Assembly: GCA_964408025.1 (NCBI GenBank)
Contig: CAYOXX010000002.1
Location: forward strand, 6,105 to 70,104
From: an uncultured Acidobacteriota bacterium
GTDB taxonomy: Bacteria > Acidobacteriota > DATKUA01
Length of the DNA: 64,000 nucleotides
Reading direction: 5' to 3'
The notes beneath the pieces were generated by a model, which saw only the letters and a program-made list of their open reading frames with translations, was not told the DNA's origin and did not search any database. The position numbers and the translations under genes are program-made. Positions 62,671 to 64,000 of this stretch are shown piece by piece (position 1 is the stretch's first letter; each line of letters starts with the position of its first letter).

Positions 62671-64000
62671 ATGAACGCGATCAGGATTAACCTCGGCCTC
62701 GTCCTCGCGACGTTGCTAATCCTCGCGGCCGCCGCGCCGGCCGCCGCGGACGATGAACTCTCCGCCAGGCACAGGCGGTGGCTGCGCGAAGAGGTCATCT
62801 ACATCATCACCGCAGAAGAGCGCGAAGCGTTCGGCCAGCTCGACAGCAACGAGCTGCGCGACCGCTTCATCGAGACGTTCTGGGAGAGACGGGACCCGAC
62901 GCCGGGAACGTTCCGCAACGAGTTCCGCGAGGAGCACTCCCGCCGCATCGAGTACGCCAACATGCACTTCGGCCCGCGGAGTCGGAGCACCGGCTGGCGC
63001 ACCGAGCGCGGCCGCATCTACATCATGCTTGGCGAGCCGAAGGAGCGTCAGCAGTTCCCCAACAACGCCACCATCTATCCCTGCGAGCTCTGGTTTTACT
63101 CCGCCGACAGCCGCCTGCCCGGCATCTCGTTCTTCTACATCATCTTCTACAGGCGCGGCGGCGCCAGCGACTACGAGGTCTACCATCCCCAGATCGACGG
63201 TCCCGAGGCCCTCTCGGTGTACGGCAGCATTGGCCACAGCCGCGACCAGATACTCCAGGAATTGTCGATCATACATTTCGAGCTTGCCCAGGCCGCAGTC
63301 TCGCTTAATCCGATGGACCCGGCGGGCACGCTGGCCTCGGAGGTGCTGCTCGGGCACGTCGACAACTACCCGGAATACGCGGTCGACGGCAGCTGGGCCA
63401 CCACGTTCGTCGAAATGCGCGGGCAGGTCGACGTAACCTACACCTTCAGGCCGGTCGAGGTCAGAGCGCTGGCACATGTTTTCTCCCCGCCCGCGGGCGG
63501 CCAGCAACTGCACTTCGCCTTCATGCTGATGCCCGAGGACATCGATATCGGCCTCTACGAGGACGAGTATTTCGGCGCCTTCGAAATCATCCCGAGCCTG
63601 GACGACACTGCCGGAACAACCATCTTCCAGGACTCCATCAACGCCGAGATCGCCTGGAGCCGCGAAGAGTTCAGCGAGCACCGGAGCAGGCCGCTGATGT
63701 TCGCGGACATAGTCCCGATAATACCGGGCGACTACAATCTCACCGTGAGCGTGCGCAACAAGTTCTCGCGCACCTACTTCATCTTCACGCTCGCGGTCCA
63801 GGTTCCCGAGCCGGGCCCGGACACCTTCCAGCTCTCCGAACTGCTAATAAATAACGGCTACGAACGGGGGGAAAATGACTCGGCAACGGCCACTTTCGCT
63901 TCGCCGTTCCGCTTTTTCAACATCCAGTACTCGCCGAGCGCCACAAACGAGTTTGCCAGCAGCGACAACGTCCACGTCTTCTGCGAACTCTACTACCCAC
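62671..64000 (+). CDS. GWxTD-domain protein (partial, runs off the window; absent from the ORF track)
   Basis: Translated by hand: signal peptide MNAIRINLG..AAA, WLREEVIYIIT.EE, FWERRDPTPGT..NEFREEH..RIEYAN, GWRTERGRIYIMLGEP. No stop in the segments checked up to the window end. Confidence 0.88.
   Translation, partial: MNAIRINLGLVLATLLILAAAAPAAADDELSARHRRWLREEVIYIITAEEREAFGQLDSNELRDRFIETFWERRDPTPGTFRNEFREEHSRRIEYANMHFGPRSRSTGWRTERGRIYIMLGEPKERQQFPNNATIYPCELWFYSADSRLPGISFFYIIFYRRGGASDYEVYHPQIDGPEALSVYGSIGHSRDQILQELSIIHFELAQAAVSLNPMDPAGTLASEVLLGHVDNYPEYAVDGSWATTFVEMRGQVDVTYTFRPVEVRALAHVFSPPAGGQQLHFAFMLMPEDIDIGLYEDEYFGAFEIIPSLDDTAGTTIFQDSINAEIAWSREEFSEHRSRPLMFADIVPIIPGDYNLTVSVRNKFSRTYFIFTLAVQVPEPGPDTFQLSELLINNGYERGENDSATATFASPFRFFNIQYSPSATNEFASSDNVHVFCELYYP

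Overview
GC-rich bacterial chromosome segment, probably Acidobacteriota or a relative (inferred from the GWxTD protein, the acidobacterial VWFA protein and the Oar-type TonB-dependent receptors). The left half is mostly housekeeping: histidine catabolism (hutH, bifunctional FTCD), a TetR-controlled YbhG/F/S/R-like ABC exporter, rpsO-pnp, a fatty-acid synthesis operon, ligA, a two-component pair, metG and hypBFCDE. The right half is an accessory, secreted-proteolysis region: S9, reprolysin-like and two M14 peptidases, a serpin-like protein, a propeller-zincin protease with a partner gene, two tandem TonB-dependent receptors, and VWFA and GWxTD proteins. Best candidates for new biology: (1) an acyl-CoA dehydrogenase in the fabH-to-fabD slot, with etfBA closing the fab operon, which may be a new enoyl-ACP reductase system; (2) a duplicated ~500-nt regulatory module before each TonB receptor (IHF-like site, sigma54 promoter, terminator-like hairpin over a sigma70-like promoter, and a structured leader with a sequestered extended Shine-Dalgarno followed by ACG); (3) an active plus catalytically dead M14 pair; (4) the propeller-zincin/partner pair. 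No rRNA, tRNA, CRISPR array or transposase was recognised. All calls are by eye, with no database searches.
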